Below, piece after piece: positions 1 through 13,000 of a stretch of 64,000 bases of DNA (positions are counted from its first letter, which is position 1; each line of letters opens with the position of its first letter). The position numbers and the translations under genes are program-made. The DNA is from Balanoglossus misakiensis (taxonomy: Eukaryota; Animalia; Hemichordata), in assembly GCA_040954595.2 (NCBI GenBank), contig CM082576.2, positions 2,578,760-2,642,759 on the forward strand, read 5' to 3'. The notes below the pieces were generated by a model, which made no database searches, was not told the origin of the DNA, and saw only the letters and a list, made by a program, of their open reading frames with translations.

Positions 1-960
1 TCCAACCGGTAGTTGCCAGACGGCAGGCAGATCACTGATCATACAAAAAATTGTTTGTACTGAGGCTACTGCGCTGCATGCACGCACCTGTCACCTTGAT
101 ACGCATCACTAACTATAGTACATGTATTAAATTTGCGCGATGCTGCAAAATGTGCCATTCGGAAAAACGACAAGCCTGACAGGAAGAAATTATGTTCTTC
201 TCCCTGTCTATAGTTAGAGCGCATACCAAACATGTCATCATGCATGCACCGACGTTACGATATGCAGCCGCTTCTCAGTGTCATTTCAGACTCGGAGAAG
301 TACTACATTACACACGACGGACAGCGACCTCCTGCGCTCATCTTCCATCACTTTTTCAAGAAAAAATGAATCAAACCACGAATTTAAACATTTGCATCAT
401 TCCATTAAGTCGCTTATATCACAATTCGACAAAATGCGTAAATGATACATTTGTTTCCGTACACCTACCTGTAAATATCGAAGAGCAAAGTGTGTACTTG
501 TTCCTTCACACCATGTTGGAAGAAAGTTGGCAAAGTTATCCACTCCAAATATCCGGTAGCAAAGAACTCTGGGAAGCTGGCCCCTTAAAAATGCCAAAAT
601 TATCACAGTGTTTCCGGGTCGATGGTCGATCGCAGGAAAAAGATATCACTTCCCTACCGACCCGGTTTTTGCACATGAAGGTAAGCTGTTCCACTTCGTA
701 ATTTTCATCATTCACACTACATTTAGTGCCTTCAATCTATATATTCTAAACCTATGACAAGAATTAATAAAACTCGAATTAGCAGCATTTGAGAGAAACA
801 ATGTCTTGACATAAAGTGACGTTTTGAATTTGTGTAATGTTGCGCGTGATGATGATGTCAACACTGCACAGGAAACCCTGGACTAGTGAGAACAGAGCGA
901 TGCGGCTGTAAATAATTAATCGAAAATTTAACACGATATTTGAAAATTACCGTTGAGAAG
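1..960 (+). promoter_or_regulatory. CpG-enriched region, probable promoter / non-coding first exon of the nuclear receptor
   Basis: Elevated CpG compared with flanking introns. Consensus donor GAAG|GTAAGC at 680/681. The first coding exon begins with an acceptor (3928), so it needs an upstream exon. Confidence 0.35.
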
Positions 961-3932
961 TTCTTAGACATTCGTTAATTTGATCAAATGCTCTTCCGAT
1001 ATTGTCAAAGGTGAGCTATTAAACCCTGTGAGAAAAAAAATCGTATACTGATGTGCGCCGCACACAGCTGCCATTTTAGAACGGAAGCTGCCAACCCTAT
1101 CCCATAAAGGGTTAAGGCTGTATCGGGAAAATATTTTACTGGTACTGGTATATGTAACAACAACAGCAATAATAATATGTGTAATAATAAACACTGATTC
1201 ATCATTTATTATCATACGATTCTCCAGTATGATTCACACCAATAAAGTGCCCTCACACAAGTGGAAAATAAAGATGTATACTGGATTGATTTTGTCAGTT
1301 TGTTTCCAGATTTACCTTGTTGTAAACATAATACATGTAATGCTAGTTGTAATCTGTACTGTATCTGTCAAATACTATTTTCACAACAACAGTATTATAA
1401 CTGAATCAACAGGGAAACTCTAGTAGAATGATTGGGGAACCTTGGTAACATTTACCTGGGTACCAAAACCACTACACTGATTTTCAATACTACTCAAGGT
1501 ATAAAGTGTGACTACCATTCTTGTGCATTTGACAGGTTTCACAGTTTGCTTGTAACTAATTTGCGGTCACATGATCTCTTTTGATACTCATTCAGTTATA
1601 TGCAGATCACATTGTGTGACAATTATTTCAGTTCTTTTGTACCATCATCCATTCCAGTGAAAGCCATTCCTTTCTCATCTGTGTACCCTGGAAACCAACA
1701 GGCGTTGAGGGCAGTGTCTTATTGTGGAGGCATCTGTGTTAGAAAGGTCACAGCAGTTTGCGTGGCGGTGACTGTGTCATCATAAATTGTTACTGTGGAT
1801 TCATCATTTCATGTCATTTATTGTCTGTTGAACATGCTGTATGTAAGGCTATTTTGAGTTTGTTATTCCACAATAAAGAATTGATTTCGTATTAAAATGG
1901 ATGTTTAATTTTGAGAACAGAGTTGGACTTTGTATCTTGAGTCAGTAGGCAGTGTGTCCCAGTTTTGTATCACCCACCATTAGCCTTGTTATTCATTGAC
2001 AACTTTATCTCTTGCTACCATCAATGAGCAACAGGATGATACACATCACACTCGCACACAGGGTGACCTCCCAGGGTTGATTCCTCCAGAAATACATTTC
2101 TCTCAATAAAAAATCAGAGGTGAAAGTTTACCTGTTGAATTATAAACGATATACGGACAGTGTGCATTAAATTCATAGATTCAGTTTTCTATTTTGCAAC
2201 TGCAAATTTTGCATGTACCGGTAGACCTTGCCCTGAGGCCCCTCCTTGACTGTTCAGTAGTTGATCTGTGTGGACCCACCTCTGCCATTCCTAATGTTAT
2301 TATTTACAGATGTGTATCATCCCATGTCTGCTGCCCAGTCACAAGACAGGACAGCGGCAGAGTTCAGGATTATTCCATTAACGAATACAGGTTGTCCAGG
2401 TACTGGTAATATTTAGGAGATAGATACATGTAAGTACTACAACTCACAGATTTCAGACTTTTATTAGGGAAAAATAAATGGCCAACCTTTGAGTCGTGTA
2501 CTGGTTGATATTAATGCATTGGACAAATGGGGAGTGTCCGAGTGATTAAGAGATTCTGTGTAAATAATCAGATATACCGGTAGTGCCGGTATTGACACAT
2601 TCTTTTTCAGCTAACCCGGTTCATAACTGGGTTTAATTAGTGGATTGTTTGAAGCATTGCTGAACTGTGTTAAAGCTGATTCTGTTTTTTTGCAAAAGTG
2701 CTGTGCTGCAGTTTCATAAGAACTGGATTTGGCCCGTCCTCATTTCGGAGGGCTTCGTCCTGCGATGATCTCCTGATGCGCAGAGAGATAAGGGACAAGA
2801 TAAGGGGATGGGCCACCTTTCCACCTGTGTTATTAAGTTATCTGTGACCGGCATGAGGTGATCCGCTAATGGACTTTGGGCGGAGTGTTCTGTGTCTGTG
2901 CAGGGCATAAACCTCTAGTTTCGAGTCCTGCATCACTGGATGCAACAGAGGGGAAAGGGAACACCCGATCACTTTCAGTCCAGTGCGTAACTGAGTCATC
3001 AAAGCTAACAGATCTCGGTTGGTATCGGCTTTGGTAGGTGTGTTGTTGTTGTTTGCTTTTCTGTGCTGATATGACAGAGAGGCCAGGGAGACAATTTCTG
3101 GTATTGGCAGAAGTGGGTCAGTTTGGACTCTTTTTTTTGCCCCCGGTTCAAGATACTCTACAGCAAAATTGCGAAAATGGTGAATAGACTGTCAAAGGGA
3201 CTGTTCACAAAAGATAAACGTTGGCTTATATAGGTCATGGTCTAACACCATTAACTACATATGGACACTTCGTTGGATCCGGGGCCATTGAGAGAGTGTA
3301 GGATCACTTTGGCAAATGTGTCTTTTTGGCCATTACTGTATCCTGGCCGTGTGGAATTTCTGATCGAGGATGTCCTGTAAGTGTATTTGACAGTCAAAAA
3401 TTTCTGGTTTGTTGTATGATAATGGGTATAAGATTTGTGTGCATTGTAAGGACTGGCAACATGTCACTGTACATGTTTATTTGACAAGGACTCAAATAAG
3501 TTTCTCTCATGATTTTTTATATTTCATTAAGTATTGATTGGTACATTCTTCCTCCATACACTACACAATATACATGTACCATGACATTTTTAACACAATA
3601 ATGGCAGCACATTACGCTACTGGTGCGTAGTTCCAATATAGATTTACCTTTGACCTGCCATTGATTGCCTTTGAAATTCAGCGTTTCATAGGATAATATT
3701 ACCTGGTATAATGATACCTTGTATCAGATTTAGGTTCACTTTTCACATAACCAGAATATCTGTACAAATCCAGGTCATGGTTGTTTTTTTCAATATACAC
3801 AATGAAGTTTTAATTCTTTCTCTCTAGGGACAAACATTAAAAAAAATGCTGGCAGTGCATGAGTTCAAGTTTTATATATCTAAACACCAATTATATTCAT
3901 TGTGACTCTTTTCCAAACTCCCCAACAGAACC

Positions 3933-6269
3933 ATGGCATCGCTGCAGTCAAGTAACAAAGGACTTTGTTTAATTTGTGGTGACTATGCCAATGGCGTCCA
4001 CTACAATGTCCTCTCCTGTGAGGGCTGCAAGTCCTTCTTCTTGCGGAGCATCAAAAGTAAAGCCACCTTCACCTGTTCCGAAAATAAGAAATGCGAGATG
4101 GATCTCTACACCAGGAGGCACTGTCCGGCCTGCCGGATGAAGAAATGTATGGAACTGGGAATGAATGCCGAAAGTAAGTCATGGATGATGTGGAGTCATC
4201 GTCATGCAAGAATTGCTTCATAAAATTTTTATATCCATCACTGTTTTGTAGATTTCCATTTGTCCTTGAATTCATCAAGAGACAGAGTATTTCTTGCCCT
4301 AAACATGATCAGCACCACAGACAACAACTTTCATAATTATACACCGGTATTTCTTCCCATGTACAGAGGTGTGGGATGACATGAGGTTAAAGAAACGAAA
4401 GCCTCTTGTCAGGACAAAGAAGAAAAAAATGTCCCATGTCATCGAACCAGTGACACCGCCATCAGAGTCATCTTCGTGCTCCGAGAGCGTCGTCGCTGAC
4501 ACCCAGGCCGATCCCGAGCTGAAACCAGATCAGCAGTCATTGTCACAGCTACTAGAAACAAGCTTTATTCAGTCCAAACAAGTTTATAAAGAATTAGCAG
4601 TAAGTATTGAATGTCTTTTAATAGTCGCCACAAAATAGAATTTAATGCTTTCACCTCCATTTCCAGCATTGCTGTAGAAAACTGTGGATTTAGAGCAAAC
4701 CATGTTGGTGAAACGGTTAAACTTTTTGTTGTTCAACTGTAAACTGCATAACATATAATGGCATTTGTTTCATTGATTTCAGCCCCAACTAAGCCCTACC
4801 CTGCAACAGACGCTGGAAAAATTTACCATCGGCGGAATGTCGCCAAGGAGGATGGCCGACACTGTTGCGCAGACATTGATGGGTGGCGCAAGAGACCGTG
4901 TAAAGCCCAGACTGAAACGATCAGCATCGACTGGTAGCAAACAAGGAAAGCCGAAACGGTCAAAACGCCAACAGGAAGTCAAAGAGGACGAGGACAGTGA
5001 TGACATAGTGGACAATATGGACTCGTTCGCGCTGTCGTTCTTGTTCGGAAAGAGCTCGCAGCCAAAACTTGAAATCTGCAAGGACTTGGTGACGCACGCC
5101 ATGGACCTATTTGCGGTGACTGTGAAACAAATCATATTCTTTGCCAAGAGCATCCCGGGGTTCTCGCAGCTGACGTGCGATGACCAGGCCGCGCTGATTC
5201 GGGCGGCCATCATGGAAACAATTATCATCCGCTGCACGGAGCGATTCGACACCAGCAAAAATTTGTTGGTCAGTGACATCAATGAGGGCGAGTACGGATT
5301 AAATTTGATTTTCCAGCTGGGCTACAAGACTTTTACGGAACCCTTTTTCAAGTTTATGCGGGAAATGAAATACATGAATCTACGGATGGAGGAGTATGCA
5401 TTGCTACAAGCCGCCATAATCCTCCAGTCTGGTGAGTAATAATAATTCTAGCACTCTGTTCTTTTAACATTTCATGCCATCATTTTAATACACATGTTGA
5501 ACTGTCAACTGTCTGACAGGCAATATTTAAACATTATTTATGGGGGATTATTACTATAGACGTAGACATAAAAGGTCACTGATTGACTGGCCTGCCCTGG
5601 GGTTGACCCCTTCTTATTGACAAAATGACAGCCTCTACAACGCTGATTCTGCTGTTTTTCTAAAGATGTTGTTTATTAAAATCAAAATTCTGTTTCTCAA
5701 TTCCAGCTTCTGACTTTATTTGTGTGAAATTATTTTGCCTTTCTGCCCTCTGCTGCATGAATCAATAAATCATACACTGCTAGCTCAATCTGATATGAAT
5801 ATGATTATGATAGACTTGAATTGAGTATTGATATTCTGTACATACTGCTGTAATCTATGGATTTCTATGGCGCGGTGCATTTCTTTTTTCTTATTTTATT
5901 TTAGTAGCCCTGTAAGATTATCTGTACAGGTACTGTTTTCAGACCAATTATAATTGCACTAATGACTATCACACAATGTTGATAAAAATTTACCCCATAT
6001 AATGATGACTCTGCACTCTCAAACCTCCCACAGACCGACCGGATCTGAAGAATGCCGAGCTGGTGGAGAAACTGCAGTTCCCGCTCATACTGACACTACA
6101 GGCGTGCACTAAGCGGAACCATCCGGAAGACCCAGGCCTCTTTGCCAAACTCATGTTGAAAATGGTGACGTTACGGGACATAGACCACGTCCACTCCAAG
6201 GATCTCATGGACATGAAACTACAAGAGCAAGAGTTCACTCCGTTGGTGCAAGAACTCTTCGGTCTCTGA
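3933..6269 (+). CDS. Divergent nuclear receptor, NR1H (LXR/FXR/EcR)-like; 4 coding exons 3933-4173, 4367-4599, 4783-5431, 6034-6269 (~452 aa)
   Basis: C4 zinc-finger DBD CLICGD..HYNVLSCEGCKSFFLRS..C..C..CPACRMKKC..GM. LBD signature FAKSIPGFSQLTCDDQAALI, then DRPDLKNAELVEKLQ and terminal AF-2 FTPLVQELF, resembling LXR/FXR. All junctions are GT..AG with matching phases (1,0,1). Confidence 0.92.
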
Positions 6270-9200
6270 GGCATTGCCCTGTCACGCCATCAACAGTGGA
6301 ATTAAGCAGTACACAAGGAGGTCTAAAATATTCAGATAAAATGCTATATCAGCATGCAACCGGTATCAGATGACATTTCAAATGGCCATTTGGTGTACGA
6401 TGTAATACCACCATCAAACGAAATAATAATTGAAATATATTATATATGATAATGTATATATATAAAAACTGTATCCTGGCTATGAGCTGGAACTATTTTT
6501 TTTCTTTTTCATTTTTGGACAAAGCTGCTTCCTATCCAACTTGCGTGCATTATGATAGAGCTTTTGGATCACTTCACCTTCACATTTGTAAAAAAGAGAG
6601 AGAGGAGTTTTTTGCACTTTGTGCATGTACTCCTACACCTAGTACTAAAATAAGAGTCAATCTCCTGTGCCCAGAAGGGAGTTCCATTGATTTGAAATAA
6701 CACTGTGACTCAGATGTAATATGACTGATGTCTTGCAAAGATTTCTCACAGTTGTAAATTATTTAGTTGTTTTTGACAATAGGTGTTATTAAGCAATAGT
6801 TTTGCAACACCTCTGTACATGTTATGATAGGAATGAAGGCCCATATTTATTGCTTGATTACTTGTGGATGTGTTTGCCATATGGAGTCAGTGGTCAGACA
6901 AATCTCCATCTATCGGAGTACACCCAATGAAATATTACTAATTTACAGATTTTTTTTATCCCAGAGAGAATCTCTGCCTGTCTTCTCCTCATAGTCTGTC
7001 TTCTCCAGATGTAATATATTGATTTTTATAAATAATTCTGAAAGCTATATGAGAATGTTCTGTGCCTGCATTTAATAGTACATAGCATTGTAATACGTTG
7101 CATAGATTATATTATTGTTATTTTATGTTTTGTGAATATTTTGGGAAGGGGTGATTGTTTCTCTACTCTGGTGTTTTCTGTCGACCTTAGGAATTATTTT
7201 GAATGACATACACCACTGTGCATTTAGGGGCAATGCAGAGTGATCGTGGAAATTTATTAATAGCAATGCAAGCTGCTACTTTTTTTCACAAATGAAAACA
7301 GAATACCAATACATGTATTCACTTTATCTAAAAAACATGACATTTTGTTTTTATTCTACACGTTTTTTTTCTCACAGTTTTATTTAGTCCCTCTGCCTGT
7401 AACATTTTTCATCTTATAAAATGTTAATAAGGGACTTTGAAGTTTTGTCGAAGACTACCACACGCTACGGCAAGAAATTAAATAAAAGTAAATCTAAAAC
7501 ACTTCCTGTATCAGCCTACAATGTGTGTGGATCATTTTAATTTGAAAATCAGTAGGCAAGAGCTGGAATTTGTTCAGTGATGAAAATATAACCACTTGCA
7601 TGAACCAATACAGAAAATACTAATATTCCAAAACATGTTTATACGTAGACACATTTTTTGTGCGCATCTCCAATTAATCATTGACCATACACATGTACCT
7701 TCTGAGCATAGAACATTACAGTAGTCATCAATGTATCTAAAAGAAACCGAACTTCAAAAGACTCAAAAGTCATACAAGTAATTTTAATCTGTGCAATGGA
7801 TGGAAATTGTTTTGAATTATTTTAGATGTTTGTTCATTGGATGTCTGCTTGATAAAACGTATACATTTTCCCTATATTAATACATGGTATTGTTTTAGGG
7901 TTGTATTTAATCAGACAGGCCTTTTTGTTTTTAAGTTTCACAGTTTTAGAGGTCTATCTTTCTAGCATTAGATAACAGACTTATATTCATGTGAAAATGC
8001 CTTTTTCTTTCTGGTGGTTTGGGAACGTCCAGGGGGTGACCGCCCTATTACCTCCTTGTGTGATGTAGTTTGCACTCTCACCAGTGAGTTGATGATGAGA
8101 TTTTGTAAATAAATGACTCATGTTGGGTCTGATCGTGAAAAATCTATAACCCAGCTGGTGTTGTTTTTTGTTTTGTTAGTGCGAGTGTTTCAGCTCTGTC
8201 ACCAAGACTGTGGCCCCGACTGTGGCTCGACGCGCGCACGCGCAGCTTTTAGGGTCTGAAGTGCGCCCTCAAACGACAGACTTTCGAAAAAAAATCAGTC
8301 TGTACGACGTTTTCACGAACAGGCTTTGCCCCTGTGGACAGTATGAAACAAGTACATGTTATTTAAACTAATGACATTTTGGTGATGGCCCAACTAAATT
8401 CAGTTTCAAAAGAAAAGCATCTTGTATGTCCTCATGTTTTGCTGTATGTTGTAAACCAATCAGGAAAGAGGACTGAAAAGTGTTGACTGGTTGCGGTTTA
8501 ATGTTTTCATACTTCTTTTTATTGACATTCCATGCCACAAAGGTCCTGCTTCAGCACGTTTTCAAACGCCAAGACACTCCCTGGACAAACACAAAGTACA
8601 GATAAATCATGTTTTTAATTCACTTCATGACTTCTTTTATTTGTAAACTCTGTAATACTGCAAATTGCAGATATAACTTACATCATTGAAGTGATACTGT
8701 ACACAATGCACTTTTTCTCGAGGCAAAAAAAAGAAGTATTCCTTTTAAAAAGTTTTAAGTTTTTCATATAGTTGTTTGAGCATAGGTAATGCTGGTGTTG
8801 AAGACAGATGCAAACCAGTGAAAATACTGGATAGTCAATTGTAGAGTGATGGAGTCACTGTACTGACAGGGTCATCTTCGTATAAGTTAGCAAAGATCTT
8901 CTGATAAAAAAATAGTACAACTTTTATAAAACACAGAGACATCACAGATCGCACCCGACAATCTTGAATTGAAGGGTAATGCCCAGCTACCATTTTTTTT
9001 TGCAATGTCATCGGACTAGGATTCAGAGTTGGTACTTTGCTCATTCCTGCATGCCAAGATTTTTCTAGGGAAAATTAAAGATTCCCCACTGCCTGGCAAT
9101 CTCCTAATTACTGATTTTATCACTACATCTACTTTGATTGTTTTAGAAATCTGTCTAAAACACAAAAAATTTCATGTATTTTGAAATCATTTTGACCCAC

Positions 9201-10010
9201 ACAGAGTAATAATCCACTCTGAATTTGTGTCAGAATCCGACTTGAGGAACGTCAAAATGACTGCATACATTTCAGAAACAATTGTTGAAAATCCAGCAAT
9301 CTTGAAACCCACTTTACAGCCAGTGAAAGAAAAGCATCTACTTTCCACTGACTTCTGAATGTGACAAAAAAAGCGACACACAAAAATCTTGAATTTCTTC
9401 CTTCTGATCATCTATTATTTGAGAAGTCCTGTGTTGTACGTGTACACCCAGAGTAATGTAGCCTAGCACTGACCAAGTGTTGTGCGTGCTGCATTATCTC
9501 TGCAAAACACTTCACACCTTCAAACAAGCCCAGCAGCTGCTTTCGCACATTACGAGTCGAACAATAACAGAACTGACATACATATCTGTAAGTTTTTCTT
9601 TATATGTTTTATATACATATAGTAAGAAACAGCATGATATAGGGAACCACTCATATCTGTGAAGTACATTTACATCCTGATTGATGAGGTTAGCCAATTT
9701 TCGTTTAAAATTCTGAACAGAAAGAAAATGAGATGAGACTACGTTTTCTTGTCCGTGTCCAATGTCCTTGTGTTTTGCAGTCACCTGGTAGTACTGTCAA
9801 AAAATGTCGACTTCAAGTTCAACGTTGCAAGGTCCATAAAAATCATTAATGTCCATCTTGATTACACATGATCATGAGTTCTCTCACTTTCAAGAAATAG
9901 AATCATCATTCATTAAAATTCGTATTGCACAATCTGGAAATATTTGGCAGCAAGAAAAGATTCCATGTTCATCCTGTGTCATTGTCGTTGCTTCCCGGTT
10001 CTGTTTGTTT

Positions 10011-13000
10011 CTATGGCGGAGTTTGTTTTCTGTACTGGTTTGCCGGATTGACTGGTTGAAATCCTGACGCCGATGTGGGTGGTGGTGGGGGTTGCTGATA
10101 GTGGTTGTCGCGGGGTGGCGGGTAATTGCCTGCAAACACAATGAAACCAAACAATATTGCAATTAAAAGTTGTCTTGGAGTTTTTAACTTCTGAAATGAG
10201 CTGACAAATCTGTGTTGTCCCCATCCCTGAACTGCTGTGTGGAAAGTAGAATTCTTCAGCTCTCTGCTTGAGAAGGAAAATTGACTTAGATAAAAATACA
10301 TATTTTTTGCTATAGTAATAGATTGAGATGCATGTCCCGGTGTTGGGAGAGAAGGATTTTCCCCCACCAAGTTAGCCTACCTGGGTGATGAGGATGTGAT
10401 ATCAAATGAGGTGGTGGTGGTGGTCCCATTGGGTCTGTGTCTAAAGGAGAGGAACTCCGCAATGGAGGCGGTGGTTGTTGCAACCCTGTTCTGCTGGATG
10501 GTCTAGAACCTGAGTGGAACCAACACATGCAGAGAAGAGACACCGCTCAGAGATTCATGCACTCCACAAAATGCAGCACCCTCATATTATGTGACCAAAC
10601 CCCCAAGGATCGCAAATGAATGATGACAGAGAACCTCACACATGAATGACTACTGTGCATAAAATGATGTACATGCAAACACCCATTGAATCAATTTATG
10701 ATATGAACCTTCATCCCAATGCAGACATGAGCAACCAGTGGAATAAACTGAAATGGCATGTTGGCTACTATAAAATCTAAAGACTATATCACTGCTTGAC
10801 ATTACAGCCATCAACAAGAGCTTTCCAAATACAAAACATTCACTACATGTACAAGAAAGACTTGAATGGTGCTGGTTGTGGACAGACATAATGGTAGAAT
10901 GAGGGAGATCACGTGTGCATTCTAAAAGTCAGCTCCACAGAACACAAAGCAGTGTCATCATGATAGAAACACTGAATGACAGATGTACTTACCCCGTGGT
11001 GGTGGTGGTCCCCGCATCGGTGGGTACTCTCTGCCCATGGGTGGCGGTGGTGGTCCAGGTTCCCTCCGGATTGGAGACGGCCCAAAGTCCCTGGGTGGAA
11101 AGGGGCCTGGTTCATTTGGGGGCGGGGGACCCATGTGCCTTGGTGGCATGTGTGGTCCATAGTCTCTGTGGGGTGGTGACATACGCCCCATGTCTCGGTG
11201 CGGCATAGGTGGTGGTCTGGGGTCATTGGGGTCCCGTGGTGGTGGTGGTGGCAGCATTTCCCGTGGTGGTGGTGGCCCTCTCCTGTCCATATGTGGTGGT
11301 GGTGGCAGTGGTCCCATGTCAGGTGGTGGAATAGGGCTACGCATATCATGAGGTGGTGGAAATCGGATGTCGCGTGGGGGCATCGGCCCCATCCGTCCCA
11401 TGGGTGGTGGTAGCCCTCCCTCTCTTGGGGAGGGTGGTCGTCTATCCATATATGCTGGAGACATTCCCTCCTCTGGGTTGTCTCTTGGTGATCCTATCAC
11501 ACACACAAAACAAAGCACAATCAACTGGTTAGTTCAAGATGCTTCCGTTTCCAGTGATTTGGTTTAGTTTATTATGGGCCTTGGGGTGACAAGATAAACT
11601 TTGTACAACGAATGACTGAAGAATGGATGAGAATATCAATATGTGTGATCTTACCTCTGCGCAGAGGCCCCGGTCTTTCACTGCAAAAAATCAAGACATA
11701 TTGGGTTAGAAAAAAACACATCATCACACACTTCACTTCTAAATATCCATGATGGATCTCTTTATGACTTCTGACAATTTAATCAACAGTTTCATTGTCA
11801 GAATTTATCAAGCATCTGAACACGTCAAGATATGGCATCATACACTTACCCTGGCTGTCTTGGAGGTGATGGTGGTCCTGTAAAATAAAAATAAAATTAC
11901 TTAGACTCTTAAGAGAAACTCACAGTACAAATGTATATCGCAGACTTTTATAAATTCTTCTTTGTACAGTCATAATTTCAGAGGCCCATGTGCAGCTGTT
12001 ATGTAAATTTCATACTGAATTATACTGCCATGGTAAGTTGATGACCTCTTAAAATCAACACTTTTATGTTCGAGTCTACTTACTGATTGATGATGGTTTG
12101 ATGGGCATGCTGGTGGCAGTCTGCAGTCTTCCTTCCAACTCAGTGATCCTGAAACAAGATGATGAACAGTATTATCCATTTCAATTCTTTTACCTAGGCT
12201 TCATACATGCAGCAGAATTTCACCTTATTAACAAAACTTGCACTTACTTTTGTCGAAGTTGGGCATTTTCCCTCTTGGCTTCACTTTTCTCTCTCTCGGA
12301 ATTCCTTGCAGACAGCTGCACAAGTGAGTGAAGAAAAACACAATATGCTTTTAATGCACCAGTCATCGCAGTGTCTCTCATCAGAAACACATCTTCTTTT
12401 AAAACAAGTCAGCTAGTGTAGCAGGGGTTGATTTTTCAACAACTAAACCTACTTACCCAACTTTCATGAGCTTTTTTCTCATGCGAGGCAACCTGTGTAA
12501 ACAAAATGAAAAAAAAATTATGATCAAGAAGGCCGGCCATGAATCTGAAGAACACATTGAGAACTCACTCCTATTGACAGATCCATGTTTTGCTTATATT
12601 TGAAGTATTTATGCAATCATTACCTCTGAGCGGAAGTTTTGCTCCACTTTTTCCAGTTCTTTCTTCAGATCCTGCACTTGTTTTCTGAAGAAGAAAAAAA
12701 GATAATATAAATATTAGTTTTGACTCTCATGAGAATCTCTTGTATTATGCAAGGTGCTGCTCACTCTGGTACGTTTTCCTTTTTGTTTACTAGAATGATG
12801 TCATCAAGTTGAACTTTAACCTTACTTGTAATTATTGGAGTCTTCTTCAGTAGAGGCAGCTTTCTGTTCCACAGTCTGCAGTTGTTCCTGACTTTGAGTT
12901 CGCAGTGCTTCCTCAACACCGAGTTGCCTGTCAAATTATCAAAAGGATATTTTGTCATTCACAAGAAGACAACAGTTGTAATATACATGTATAAGCAGGA

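Noticed and set aside
88-106. Possible minus-strand first exon ATGCGTATCAAGGTGACAG|gtgcgt
   Set aside because: Too short, and nothing downstream in the window to validate it.
192-701. 169-aa ORF at the window start
   Set aside because: No recognisable domain and a low-information composition. If spliced at 680 it is out of frame with the receptor. More likely promoter/5' UTR.
1019-1115. piggyBac-like end (AGGG|TTAA)
   Set aside because: No convincing matching TIR or TSD at the other end.
10909-11413. His-rich and Trp-rich ORFs (poly-H, poly-W)
   Set aside because: Alternative-frame and antisense shadows of the CCA-rich TANGO1 proline-rich exon.
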